DNA of 64,000 bases from Candidatus Bathyarchaeia archaeon. Lineage in GTDB: Archaea; Thermoproteota; Bathyarchaeia; Bathyarchaeales; Bathycorpusculaceae. The position numbers were made by a program, and so were the translations under genes. The notes beneath the pieces were generated by a model. It was not told the DNA's origin, made no database searches, and saw nothing but the letters and a program-made list of their open reading frames with translations. This document shows, piece after piece, positions 1 through 9,692 of this stretch (positions within the stretch are counted from its first letter, which is position 1; every line of letters starts with the position of its first letter). The DNA lies in NCBI GenBank assembly GCA_049515895.1, contig JBEKTQ010000004.1:1-64000 (forward strand). The letters run 5' to 3'.

Positions 1-2
1 TT

Positions 3-788
3 TGGAAAAGCCATGGGATCGCTGAGCATGCTGAATACTGTTTTGAAGATTTTCTAAGATTCGCAAAAGCATACAACTGCAACCTTGAGCTGGGAACCTT
101 TGCCTACGCTAACGCACTAGACAGTAATTGGCGCAGCCTAGTAAAGGGGCATCAACGTGCGCTATCGGCATTTAAAGGCAAAGTGTCTGTTCACGGCGTG
201 TTTCAGGATATTTGCATACACAGCAACGACAGCAAAATAGCCAAAGTCTCAAAACAGCGCATCCTCAGAAACATGGACATTGCGCAGTCCCTAAGCGCCA
301 AGTACGTGGTTTTCCACGCTAATTTTAACCCCTTCGTCTACGGCGAACTCTACAAGAGCAACTGGATCACGAGAAACGCCAGTTTTTGGAAGGAAGTTCT
401 TGATAACTATGAAGCTACGGTGCTTTTGGAGAATTTTTGGGAGTTTTCACCTGAAATCTTCAACGAACTTCTAAAGGAAGTAAACCTGCCTCGCCTAAAA
501 GTTTGCTTGGACACCGGGCACGTAAACGCCTTCTCAAAAGTACCCGTCGATAAATGGATAGCAGAATTGAACAAGCAAATCCCCTACATACATTTTAGCG
601 ACAATATGGGAAACTCAGACCAGCACTTGGAAATAGGCCGCGGCAACATCAACTGGCAAACATTAACCTCCATCCTCGAAAAACACCAACTTACCCCGGA
701 AATCGTACTTGAAACTGAAACAATAAAGAAAACCCATGAATCGTTGACGTATTTGGAGAGGAACAAAGTTTATCCCTTCAACCGTTAG
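3..788 (+). CDS. Sugar phosphate isomerase/epimerase (xylose isomerase-like/AP endonuclease 2 TIM barrel), 5'-truncated by window edge
   Basis: Frame is open from position 3, upstream of the track start at 183. Motifs SVHG, VVFH, LLEN, CLDTGH, YIHFSDN, DQHL..G.G.I and VLE are typical metal ligands of this family. Confidence 0.8.
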   Translation, partial: WKSHGIAEHAEYCFEDFLRFAKAYNCNLELGTFAYANALDSNWRSLVKGHQRALSAFKGKVSVHGVFQDICIHSNDSKIAKVSKQRILRNMDIAQSLSAKYVVFHANFNPFVYGELYKSNWITRNASFWKEVLDNYEATVLLENFWEFSPEIFNELLKEVNLPRLKVCLDTGHVNAFSKVPVDKWIAELNKQIPYIHFSDNMGNSDQHLEIGRGNINWQTLTSILEKHQLTPEIVLETETIKKTHESLTYLERNKVYPFNR

Positions 789-962
789 TCTTCAAACTGA
801 AATCATGCTTTGATTTAGAACCAATACCATACTAATTTGGTAAAGCGTTTTCATTGGTAACATGCAATGTTTGGAAGCAAAAACGGTTATTAATAAGGAA
901 ACAGGTTACGCATTACGCACAGACGCGGAACAGTGGATGACTGTAGAATAGGAGAAACATGC

Positions 963-1922
963 ATGAGATTATTGAAGAAAATGGTTATTGCCCTAGTACT
1001 TGCAATGGTTGCGTTTTCAGCAATAAGCCTGTTTACAGGTTCTGTTTCAGCTGCCAGCGGTCTTAGCTTTCAAGCATCTATTTCCAGTAGGTCTTCCGCC
1101 GTGGGGCAAAACACGTCGTACACTTTTGTTATAACTAACACGGGAGCCGTTTCTATTGGCAGTGCAAACATAACGGTGCCTGCAGGTTACAGCAAAATAG
1201 GGAACTTGGTTATTGCTGAACAACCAGTTTTGCAAAATTGGACCGTAACTCTGCAAACAATTACCACCAGTACTAAGATAAGCTATTTCATTCTTCTCTA
1301 CGGATCCACACAGGGATTAGTGCAGAGTCAGGGGATCACTTTCACTTTTGATGCAAGAAACCCCTTGCCCGAAGGAACTTACAACTGGGTAGTTGGAGTC
1401 AACGGGAACACCTCGGCGACGGGAGTCAACGTTCCACAATCGGTCAAGGTAACCAAAACTTCTTCCATCTTAATAAGTTCAGTTACTGCTGCACTCTTCA
1501 TCTTAGTTATCGCTCTCGGCATAGCCTTCATAAACGTCGCGTTGAACAGATTCTTAATCAACTACTTCGTAGGCTGGGAACAATATCGGGTCATGCAGAA
1601 GGAAATGAACGAGTACCGACAAGAAACCATGGCGGCCGCGAGATCTAAAGACACGAAACGAATGGAAAAACTCAAAAAAAGACAATCTCAAATCAATAGC
1701 ATGCAGGCCAAAATGTTAAAGCCCCAGATGGTTCAACTTGGCGTTTCATTTCTCTACATCTTCGTCTGGATTTTCGTTTTAACACCCACCTATGGAATAA
1801 CCTCCATGGTTTACTTACCAGGCCTCGGCGCCATCTCAGTAGTCTACTGGTATCCAATCTGCTCGTTCTTCCTTGGTCTTTTGGCATCACGCGTACTTGG
1901 CATCATGCCCATTGAACCCTAA
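963..1922 (+). CDS. EMC3/TMCO1 (DUF106, Oxa1-superfamily) membrane insertase with an N-terminal signal peptide and extra beta-rich domain
   Basis: C-terminal part has a TM helix, a Met/Lys-rich coiled coil (MQKEMNEYRQE...MQAKMLKP), further TMs and a YWY motif. It sits directly before cmk, the usual archaeal position. ATG at 963 follows GGAG. Confidence 0.8.
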   Translation: MRLLKKMVIALVLAMVAFSAISLFTGSVSAASGLSFQASISSRSSAVGQNTSYTFVITNTGAVSIGSANITVPAGYSKIGNLVIAEQPVLQNWTVTLQTITTSTKISYFILLYGSTQGLVQSQGITFTFDARNPLPEGTYNWVVGVNGNTSATGVNVPQSVKVTKTSSILISSVTAALFILVIALGIAFINVALNRFLINYFVGWEQYRVMQKEMNEYRQETMAAARSKDTKRMEKLKKRQSQINSMQAKMLKPQMVQLGVSFLYIFVWIFVLTPTYGITSMVYLPGLGAISVVYWYPICSFFLGLLASRVLGIMPIEP

Positions 1923-1944
1923 TCCAGAAGAAATGGTGGCGTAG

Positions 1945-2559
1945 ATGTCCGAAAAATCCAAGTTCTGTTCCCCCCCCAAAAAAATGGTAATCTGCATTTC
2001 AGGAATGGCTGGAACTGGAAAAAGCACGCTCTCTAAGAAACTTGCAAAAAAATACAATCTTAAATGTTATTCAGGCGGAGACGCGCTTAAAGAACTGGCC
2101 AAAGCAGAAGGCTATGAGGCGTCGCGTGAAGGTTGGTGGGAGACACCTGACGGCCTGAACTTTCTTAATAAAAGGGCAGGTGACCCTAAATTCGACAGAG
2201 CAGTAGACATTAAGCTGGTAGAATACGCTGGCAAAGGAAACGTCCTTTTGGACAGTTGGACTATGCCTTGGCTTCTGAAAGAAGGTTTTAAGATTTGGTT
2301 GATGGCGTCAATTGAGAAGAGAGCAGCCAGAGTTGCGCAGCGTGACGGCATAACTCCTGATGAAGCGATCAAAGTTTTGAAAGAAAAAGAAGAGAGGACA
2401 AAAGCGATTTACCAGAAGCTTTACGGCTTTGTTTTAGGTGAAGATCTGGCGCCTTTTGATTTGGTTTTAGATACTGATCAATTGAATGCTGAAGAAGTTT
2501 TTGATGTTTTGTGCAGAGTCATCGGCAACGTTGTTATCCCCCGCTTTGCGTCTAACTGA
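1945..2559 (+). CDS. cmk: Cytidylate kinase (archaeal type)
   Basis: P-loop ISGMAGTGKST, SGGD, D..FDR.VD, RA.RVA.RDG, YQKLYG, FDLVLDT. Confidence 0.9.
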   Translation: MSEKSKFCSPPKKMVICISGMAGTGKSTLSKKLAKKYNLKCYSGGDALKELAKAEGYEASREGWWETPDGLNFLNKRAGDPKFDRAVDIKLVEYAGKGNVLLDSWTMPWLLKEGFKIWLMASIEKRAARVAQRDGITPDEAIKVLKEKEERTKAIYQKLYGFVLGEDLAPFDLVLDTDQLNAEEVFDVLCRVIGNVVIPRFASN

Positions 2560-2641
2560 CTTGAACTCTTCTTCAGAGTTTCACAAGGCTTAAGCCTGTC
2601 AACCCTGCAATACTTTGGGGCTCTATTTCTAATAATGAGTT

Positions 2642-3685
2642 TTAGCTACTTTTCTTGAATACTAATCCTGCGTTTTTCCATTGGTCAAAAGCTACTGATA
2701 CGTGGCCCCATGGGCTTCCCTGAAGAGAATAGAAAATATAGCACAAGTAATTGCACTGCGTACATTCATGGTAAACTCGGCGCAGGTCTTTGAATTCTTG
2801 ACTTTTCCACAACTTAGGCAAATCGAACACTGAGCCCGCGAAATCGTGGCTGTGGCATCCTGCAACCCTGCCTAAAGGATCAATAACGAAAAAGTTCGTA
2901 AGCGCTTCGCATTTCCATGCTCTTTCATCCCCCTGATAGAAGCTTCTGAGGGCTTTGAGCAGTTTGTTCGTCATTAGTATTTTCTTATTTTTCTTTTTCA
3001 TCTCAATCAAAGTATCCCATAGTTTAACCATGGCTTGTCTATCTGTAATTATGAATTCATCATTTTCTTTTCCGATTCGGAACAACTGGTTTTCGTTTGC
3101 CGACGCATCGTACGAGTAAAGGCAATACCATACAGGAATCCCTTTTTTGGTAAAATATTCAGTCAACTCAGGTATTTCATGCAGGTTTTTCTGCGAGATC
3201 GTCGGCGTAACGCTGACGTTTATTCCTTCGCTGTGAAGCGTCTCAACTGTTTCCATCGCCCTCTTCCATGCACCTGGCACAGTTTTGATAGAGTCGTTTT
3301 TTGCTTCGTCTAAGCTGTCTATTGAAATAGCGACGAAGTCTACGTTTCGGAGACAATCAATCTTTTTTGCAGCCATGCTGCCGTTGTCGTACACTGTGGT
3401 TATAAACGATTTTGTAGCGTAATCAATTATTTCCCCGATGTCATCTCTCAGAAGCGGGTCTCCGCCTGAGATAACAAGTTCGGCTATTCCAAGTCTTTTT
3501 AGGATATCCAAACCTTTCTTTATGTCTTCAGTCGCCAGCTCTCTTTCGTCCTGTTCTTTCCAAACGTTGCAGCCTGCGCAACGGTAGTTGCATTTTCTTG
3601 TTACCAGCCATTGGGCGTGATGAGGTTTACCTGATGCAAGAGAACGCACTGTGACGGATGCTGCTTTTTTGAGGTCTGGAGTCAA
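2642..3685 (-). CDS. Radical SAM protein with C-terminal Cys (SPASM/Twitch-like) region
   Basis: CNYRCAGC (CxxxCxxC), SGGDP, ISIDS; C-terminal C..IDPLGRVAGC...CTQCNYLC. Confidence 0.85.
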   Translation of the reverse strand: MTPDLKKAASVTVRSLASGKPHHAQWLVTRKCNYRCAGCNVWKEQDERELATEDIKKGLDILKRLGIAELVISGGDPLLRDDIGEIIDYATKSFITTVYDNGSMAAKKIDCLRNVDFVAISIDSLDEAKNDSIKTVPGAWKRAMETVETLHSEGINVSVTPTISQKNLHEIPELTEYFTKKGIPVWYCLYSYDASANENQLFRIGKENDEFIITDRQAMVKLWDTLIEMKKKNKKILMTNKLLKALRSFYQGDERAWKCEALTNFFVIDPLGRVAGCHSHDFAGSVFDLPKLWKSQEFKDLRRVYHECTQCNYLCYIFYSLQGSPWGHVSVAFDQWKNAGLVFKKSS

Positions 3686-3972
3686 ACAATTATCACTGGC
3701 TGCTTATTGGATGGTTAGTGTAATAAAATTAGAGTATAAAAACAATTATCCATGACCCAGTTTTTCAAACTTCTTTTTTCGTTTTGGAAAATGTTGCTTG
3801 AAAGGTTATTTTCTCCTTTTTTCCAGTCGTTTTCCAAAAGAAAATGGCGTGATGATTTGCTCGGGAGAAATCGGGCACTAATATCTTCAGGCTAATTATT
3901 CGCTGATTCTTGCGAGGGTTTTTATAAATGATGTGTCTGGTTGTAAGCTAGAATCTTTTCACTCTTGTTGGA

Positions 3973-6900
3973 GTGAACGCTGGCGGGGAGAACTTGGCGA
4001 ATGAAGCGCAAAGCAACCCAGAAATATTCACGGTAAAAGAAAATGTTCCTTTAGCGCAGCCTCCGGTAACCACGGAAGAAGTTTTGACTCTGCCCGCGAA
4101 TGAATTGTTATCTAGGCTTGGGACATCCACTCAAGGTCTTAGCTCAGAAGAGGCGGAACGAAGAATCTACGTCTATGGAACCAACGAATTAGCGCGGAAA
4201 TTGAAACGTTCTGGCCTAGTCAGTTTTCTTTTACATTTTAAAAGCCCACTCATTCTGATACTTTTAGCTGCGGCCGCCTTCGCCGGCGCCACTGGCGACA
4301 TTCCTGACTTCGCCATAATATTCGTCATTGTAATGATTAGCGTTGGCATTGACCATTATCAGGAATCCAAAGCTGAAAACGCCGCAGAGCTTCTTAAGGA
4401 AAAGGTCAGTACAACAGCCACGGTTGTACGCGATAACACCAAGAAAGAGATTAAACTTTCCCAAATTGTTCCCGGCGACATTATCTACCTATCAGCTGGC
4501 GACATCTCTCCTGCGGACGCACGAATAATCAGCGCTAAAGACCTATTCATAAACCAGAGCGCCTTAACTGGCGAATCGTTCCCTGCTGAAAAAACAGCCA
4601 ACAGCTTGCAGTCCATTAACTTAGCGTCCAGCTCGATCACAGAATGGAATAATTACTTGTTTATGGGCACGTCAGTTGTAAGCGGCAGTTCAACAGCTGT
4701 TGTAGCGAAAACGGGCGGCGCCACAGAATACGGAAAGATTGCCAAGAAGCTCGTTTCAAAGCCGCCAGAGACAGAATTTGAAAGAGGCGTCAAAGGGTTC
4801 AGTTACCTCATTATGCAAGTGACTTTTGTGTTGATTATTTTCGTTTTCATCGTGCTTGCCTTGTTCCATCGCGGTTTGGTGGAGTCACTGCTTTTTGCCG
4901 CTGCTTTAGCCGTTGGGTTGACGCCCGAGCTTTTACCTATGATTATTACGATGAATCTTTCTAAGGGCGCCGTCAACATGTCGAAAAAAGGCGTCGTAGT
5001 CAAACATTTACCTTCAATCGAAAACTTCGGCAGCATGAACGTTTTATGCACGGATAAAACAGGAACTCTGACTGAAAACAGCATATCGCTAGTAATGCAT
5101 GTTGATTCTGAAGGAAAAGACGACGACAAAGTTCTCCTCTATTCGTATCTGAACAGCTTTTTCCAAACTGGACTAAAAAGTCCACTTGACGATGCAATAC
5201 TACTCCATAAAGAAATGGATGTTGCAGACTTCCAGAAAATCGATGAAGTCCCATTCGATTTTGTGCGAAGACGAGTCTCCGTAGTGGTTGAACACGAAAG
5301 GGAAAGGTTTTTCATAGTAAAAGGTGCTCCCGAAGACGTACTGAAAATTTCAAATTATTGTGAAATAGACGGACTCATACAAGATATCAGCGAAGAGTTG
5401 CGCAAGAAAATTGAGCAAAAATATCTTGACCTGAGTTCGGAAGGCCTAAGGGTCTTAGGCGTAGCATACAAGAATCTCAGAGAAGAGAAAATCACCTACT
5501 CAGTTAATGATGAAAGCGACATGGTTTTTCTTGGTTTCGTGGCTTTTCTTGATCCGCCCAAGGAAACAGCAAAAGAATCTCTGAGACTTTTATCAAGCGA
5601 AGGGATAGAGCTTAAAATCTTGACTGGCGACAACGAGCTGGTTACCAGGAAAATTTGCGAGGAACTTGGCTTCGAAATCAAGGGAGTCGTTCTTGGCAGC
5701 GACATTGTTCAAATGCATGATGACGCGTTAGCGCGCGTCGTAGAACAAGCTAACGTTTTCGCCCGCGTAACTCCCGTGCAAAAAGACAGAATAATGAATC
5801 TGTTAAAAAGTAACGGCCATGTTGTTGGCTTCATGGGGGACGGCATTAACGATGCTCCTTCGTTAAAAACGGCGGATGTTGGTGTTTCCGTCAATAATGC
5901 GGTTGATGTTGCAAAAGAGTCTGCCGATATTATTCTTCTTGAAAATGATTTGACAGTGTTAGCTCAGGGTGTAGTCGAGGGAAGAAAAACCTTTGCCAAC
6001 ACTATGAAGTATGTGATGATGGGCATCAGCTCAAACTTTGGAAACATGTTTAGTGTGGCGGGAGCGGCATTATTTTTGCCTTTCTTGCCGATGTTATCTA
6101 TACAGATACTTTTGAACAATCTTCTCTACACACTTTCCCAAACAACAATAGCCACCGACAATGTAGATGAAGAATACATTGAGCGCCCCAAGAGATGGGA
6201 CATTTCTTTTATCAGAAACTTTATGGCTGCTGAAGGTCCCATTAGCTCAATTTTTGACTACGCAACGTTCTTTACTATGGTCTTTGTTTTTGCTATTCCT
6301 ATAACTGCCGCAGCGGGTGTCCCGTTAGCATCGCCTTTCCAGCGATCGCAATTTCAAACAGCGTGGTTCGTAGAATCCCTTTGCACCCAAACTTTGGTAG
6401 TATTTATAATTAGAACGAGGCAAACGCCATTCTGGAAGAGCAAGCCTGGAAAATACTTGACGATCAGTAGCCTTTCAGTGGTTGCGGCAGCCTTGATAAT
6501 ACCCTATACAGCGTTGGGTCGGGTTTTCCATTTTGTCCCTCCCGCACCCTTGTTCTACGTTTTCTTGCTGGCTTTTATTGTTACATACCTGTTTTTGGCC
6601 GAGGTTGTGAAACGGTGGTTCTACAGGCGGCATGCGTTTAGGATTGAGCAGGTTTTGGTGCCTAAACGAAAAACTCTCTATTTAAGTGCTAACACTAGAT
6701 TGACTCTCGATATAGCCGCCGTGGTTTGTCTTCGCCAGGAAAACGAGATTTCACTTGATTCATTACTTGACGATCTAAAAAGCTTAAACTACCCTATCGA
6801 TTCGGACCGCGTTGATCAGAATCTGCAGCATCTACGTCGAGCTGGATTAATCGAGGTCGATTGGCACATGCGCTTAATCAAGAGGACGGGACCAATCAAA

Positions 6901-7041
6901 GAGTACGTCACCAAGCGAGTCGCAACCAACGACATTTGGTCTTTGATATATGACGATTGGCTAAACATGAACAGGGTGATTCAGCAGAAATACGGGCAAG
7001 CCAACCCCGACTTCCAAAACCTCTTTGCGCCGAAACGATGA
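3973..7041 (+). CDS. mgtA: Magnesium-translocating P-type ATPase (P3B) with C-terminal extension
   Basis: TGES, AVGLTPELLP, DKTGTLT, PFDFVRRR, KGAPE, GDGINDAP, SSNFGNMFS, FQTAWFVES. Start is either GTG 3973 or TTG 3994. Confidence 0.92.
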   Translation: MNAGGENLANEAQSNPEIFTVKENVPLAQPPVTTEEVLTLPANELLSRLGTSTQGLSSEEAERRIYVYGTNELARKLKRSGLVSFLLHFKSPLILILLAAAAFAGATGDIPDFAIIFVIVMISVGIDHYQESKAENAAELLKEKVSTTATVVRDNTKKEIKLSQIVPGDIIYLSAGDISPADARIISAKDLFINQSALTGESFPAEKTANSLQSINLASSSITEWNNYLFMGTSVVSGSSTAVVAKTGGATEYGKIAKKLVSKPPETEFERGVKGFSYLIMQVTFVLIIFVFIVLALFHRGLVESLLFAAALAVGLTPELLPMIITMNLSKGAVNMSKKGVVVKHLPSIENFGSMNVLCTDKTGTLTENSISLVMHVDSEGKDDDKVLLYSYLNSFFQTGLKSPLDDAILLHKEMDVADFQKIDEVPFDFVRRRVSVVVEHERERFFIVKGAPEDVLKISNYCEIDGLIQDISEELRKKIEQKYLDLSSEGLRVLGVAYKNLREEKITYSVNDESDMVFLGFVAFLDPPKETAKESLRLLSSEGIELKILTGDNELVTRKICEELGFEIKGVVLGSDIVQMHDDALARVVEQANVFARVTPVQKDRIMNLLKSNGHVVGFMGDGINDAPSLKTADVGVSVNNAVDVAKESADIILLENDLTVLAQGVVEGRKTFANTMKYVMMGISSNFGNMFSVAGAALFLPFLPMLSIQILLNNLLYTLSQTTIATDNVDEEYIERPKRWDISFIRNFMAAEGPISSIFDYATFFTMVFVFAIPITAAAGVPLASPFQRSQFQTAWFVESLCTQTLVVFIIRTRQTPFWKSKPGKYLTISSLSVVAAALIIPYTALGRVFHFVPPAPLFYVFLLAFIVTYLFLAEVVKRWFYRRHAFRIEQVLVPKRKTLYLSANTRLTLDIAAVVCLRQENEISLDSLLDDLKSLNYPIDSDRVDQNLQHLRRAGLIEVDWHMRLIKRTGPIKEYVTKRVATNDIWSLIYDDWLNMNRVIQQKYGQANPDFQNLFAPKR

Positions 7042-7148
7042 ATCAGTGGGCGCCAGTCTCAGTTTTTTTGTTTGATGATGTAACATAAAGGATAATAATT
7101 CGCAGCGTGAAAAGATGAACCAAACACACCTGAAAGTGAGACGCTCGA

Positions 7149-8096
7149 ATGCCACCATTACCCTTCTTAAGAACAGTCACGCAGGTTCCGCAGAAAGGTT
7201 TTGTTAAAACCACAGCTATGGTTTTGGCGTTAGCACTTAAAGGTGCGAATGAAAAGTTGAAGTATTTGCCTAAGAAAACCATTGCCTGCGTGAACAATTC
7301 AAAAATGTACTTGTACCCGAGGCAGGGCGGCATCAACTATGACCTTTACCTCTACAGGAAACGGGAGCCTCTGTGCACAGACTTTCTGATTCATTCCTGC
7401 ATTCTCAAAGAGGGCGACGTCGTCTTGGACATCGGCGCCAATATTGGATACTACGTGCTAATCGAATCACAACTGGTTGGCAAAACGGGGAAAGTCTACG
7501 CAGTTGAACCCGTAACCACTACTTTTGAGCTGATGCAGAGGAACCTGCAACTTAACGGTCTAACAAACGTTGCTGCTTCAAATTTTGCCTTCGGCGAAAA
7601 AGACGGCGAATCAGAAATCTACGTGTGCAACGAATCCAACTTGTGCGCGATGAACAAAAATGCCGTGGGCGGCAAAATCGTACGCGTACAGAAAGTTCCG
7701 TTGGTGACTGTGGACACGTTTTTCAGAGGCAAAGCCCCGCCGAAATTGATCCGCATGGATGTTGAAGGCTACGAGTACCAAATTTTCAAAGGAATGGCAG
7801 AAACCTTGAAGGGCAACGCAAGAATCCTCATGGAGCTGCATTATGGGCCGCCGTTCATCAGCCTTGAAAAAATGGATGAATTCTTCCGTCTTCTTGAGGA
7901 AAACCATTTCAGGGTTAGATTCGCCGTTTTCGAGGACAAAGTTGAAGACATCAGCGTCGTAAGGTCTCTTCTAAAGAAGGCTGGCTACAAACTCCCTATC
8001 ATACTTACGAACGTATCCGTGCAAGAGCTAAAGAGTGTCCTGCAGAAAAACCCGATGAGCCCAAATGTACTCTTCGAAAAAGTTCTTGCCGCCTGA
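7149..8096 (+). CDS. FkbM family SAM-dependent methyltransferase
   Basis: LDIGANIGYY, VYAVEP, LIRMDVEGYE. Confidence 0.88.
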   Translation: MPPLPFLRTVTQVPQKGFVKTTAMVLALALKGANEKLKYLPKKTIACVNNSKMYLYPRQGGINYDLYLYRKREPLCTDFLIHSCILKEGDVVLDIGANIGYYVLIESQLVGKTGKVYAVEPVTTTFELMQRNLQLNGLTNVAASNFAFGEKDGESEIYVCNESNLCAMNKNAVGGKIVRVQKVPLVTVDTFFRGKAPPKLIRMDVEGYEYQIFKGMAETLKGNARILMELHYGPPFISLEKMDEFFRLLEENHFRVRFAVFEDKVEDISVVRSLLKKAGYKLPIILTNVSVQELKSVLQKNPMSPNVLFEKVLAA

Positions 8097-8314
8097 CCTC
8101 AAACAACCTTTTAATCGGATAGCTGTTTTTTTTAGGATGCACCCACACTTCTTGATTCCGCTTTTTCCAAATCGTGAACGGAAAGCGGCTGGCTATTTCA
8201 GCTTAGAAACGATCTTTTCTAATTGGCTTAGTTAGAAATTGAGTCAAGTGTGTGCCAAGGAGGGTTTATATCTCGCTTTTTGTTGACCCTTCTTTGCGTA
8301 AGTGATGTTTTATC

Positions 8315-9214
8315 ATGTTTCCTAGGTCTTTTGATTATTCCGCCCCGAAAACCCTCACGGAAGCTTTGGAGCTTCTTAAAAACGCCGATTCAAAAGTGAA
8401 GGTGCTGGCTGGCGGACAAAGCCTCATACCTGCTCTAAAAACACGCAGTTCCCCTTTGATTTCTTCACTGAAAAGCGTTGTCGACATAAATGGAGTCAAA
8501 GAGCTAAACTACATCCGAAAAGTAAATGAAACACTTAAAATTGGCGCGTTGACGACAGTCAGCGTTTTAGAAAATGACCTGGATGTCGCTTCTTCGTTTC
8601 CTATTCTGCATGAGGCCGCGTCGGAAATTGCTGACCCACTGGTGAGAAATCTTGGAACCGTTGGCGGCAACTTGTGCCACGGAGACCCAGTTAACGATTT
8701 GCCAGCCACAATGATTGCGCTTAATGCTTCAGTCGTCTTAGCTTCAATGGGAGGCAATCGAAAAGCAAACGTTGAAGACCTTTACATCAGCCCTTACAAA
8801 ACTTCAATTAGACCGAACGAAATTCTCACTGAAATCCAAATCCCAATACGGGCGGGCAGACGCGGAAATGCTTATCGCAAGATAAAAAAAGGTTCAGGAG
8901 GCTTCACGATAGCCGGGGTGGCAGCTGACCTATCGGTTGAGGAAGACAATTCTATATCAGCGTGCAGGCTCGCGTTAACTGGTGTCGGTTCAAAGACGCT
9001 TAGACCCCGAGAAGCTGAGCAAACCCTCGTTGGAAAAAGGCTTGAGTCTCCTTTTTTGAAGGGTGCTGCCAAGCTTGCTGTGGAGGCTTCTCACCCTGTC
9101 AGCGATCTTTACGCTTCGGCAGAATATCGACGCAAAATCTTGGGAATGCTCGTTAAAGATAGCTTGGAATCGGCTTACAAAAGAGCGGCGATGGGTAATT
9201 ATGAAAAAAGTTAA
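8315..9214 (+). CDS. Xanthine dehydrogenase/CoxM-family FAD-binding subunit
   Basis: LAGGQSL, IADPLVRNLGTVGGNLC, SAEYR. Confidence 0.92.
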   Translation: MFPRSFDYSAPKTLTEALELLKNADSKVKVLAGGQSLIPALKTRSSPLISSLKSVVDINGVKELNYIRKVNETLKIGALTTVSVLENDLDVASSFPILHEAASEIADPLVRNLGTVGGNLCHGDPVNDLPATMIALNASVVLASMGGNRKANVEDLYISPYKTSIRPNEILTEIQIPIRAGRRGNAYRKIKKGSGGFTIAGVAADLSVEEDNSISACRLALTGVGSKTLRPREAEQTLVGKRLESPFLKGAAKLAVEASHPVSDLYASAEYRRKILGMLVKDSLESAYKRAAMGNYEKS

Positions 9215-9692
9215 AACAAGTTTTAAGGTAAACGGAAAAACCGTTGAGCTTGAACTGGAACCTAGGCGTCTTCTGGTAAACGTGCTGAGAGATGACCTTG
9301 GGTTAACGGGGACGCATCTTGGCTGTGACACGTCCAATTGTGGAGCGTGCACCGTTCTGTTGGATGGCAAAGCGGTTAAGTCTTGCACCATGCTCGGTGT
9401 ACAAGCCGACGGCAAAGAAATATTAACCATCGAAGGCTTAGCACGCGATGGGCAACTGCATCCCATACAGCAGGCTTTTATTGAAAAACAAGGGCTGCAA
9501 TGCGGCTTCTGTACGCCCGGCATGATAATGACTTCTTTCTGGATGCTTAACCAAAACAGGAACTTTAGTGATGAAGAAATCAAGAGGATGCTTTCTGGTA
9601 ACCTATGCCGGTGCACGGGTTACAACGGCATCGTTGAATCCGTCAAGTATGCTAAAGACTTGATGAGAAAGAAAGGCGGTGATTCAAAGTGA
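9201..9692 (+). CDS. CoxS-family (2Fe-2S) subunit
   Basis: GCDTSNCGACTV, QCGFCTPG, GNLCRCTGY. ATG at 9201 overlaps the upstream gene end. Confidence 0.95.
   Translation: MKKVKTSFKVNGKTVELELEPRRLLVNVLRDDLGLTGTHLGCDTSNCGACTVLLDGKAVKSCTMLGVQADGKEILTIEGLARDGQLHPIQQAFIEKQGLQCGFCTPGMIMTSFWMLNQNRNFSDEEIKRMLSGNLCRCTGYNGIVESVKYAKDLMRKKGGDSK

Noticed and set aside
3849-3907. GTGATGA...CTGA as a C/D-box sRNA (a similar pattern lies near 7072-7133)
   Set aside because: No convincing D'/C' boxes at proper spacing and no rRNA/tRNA complement recognised.
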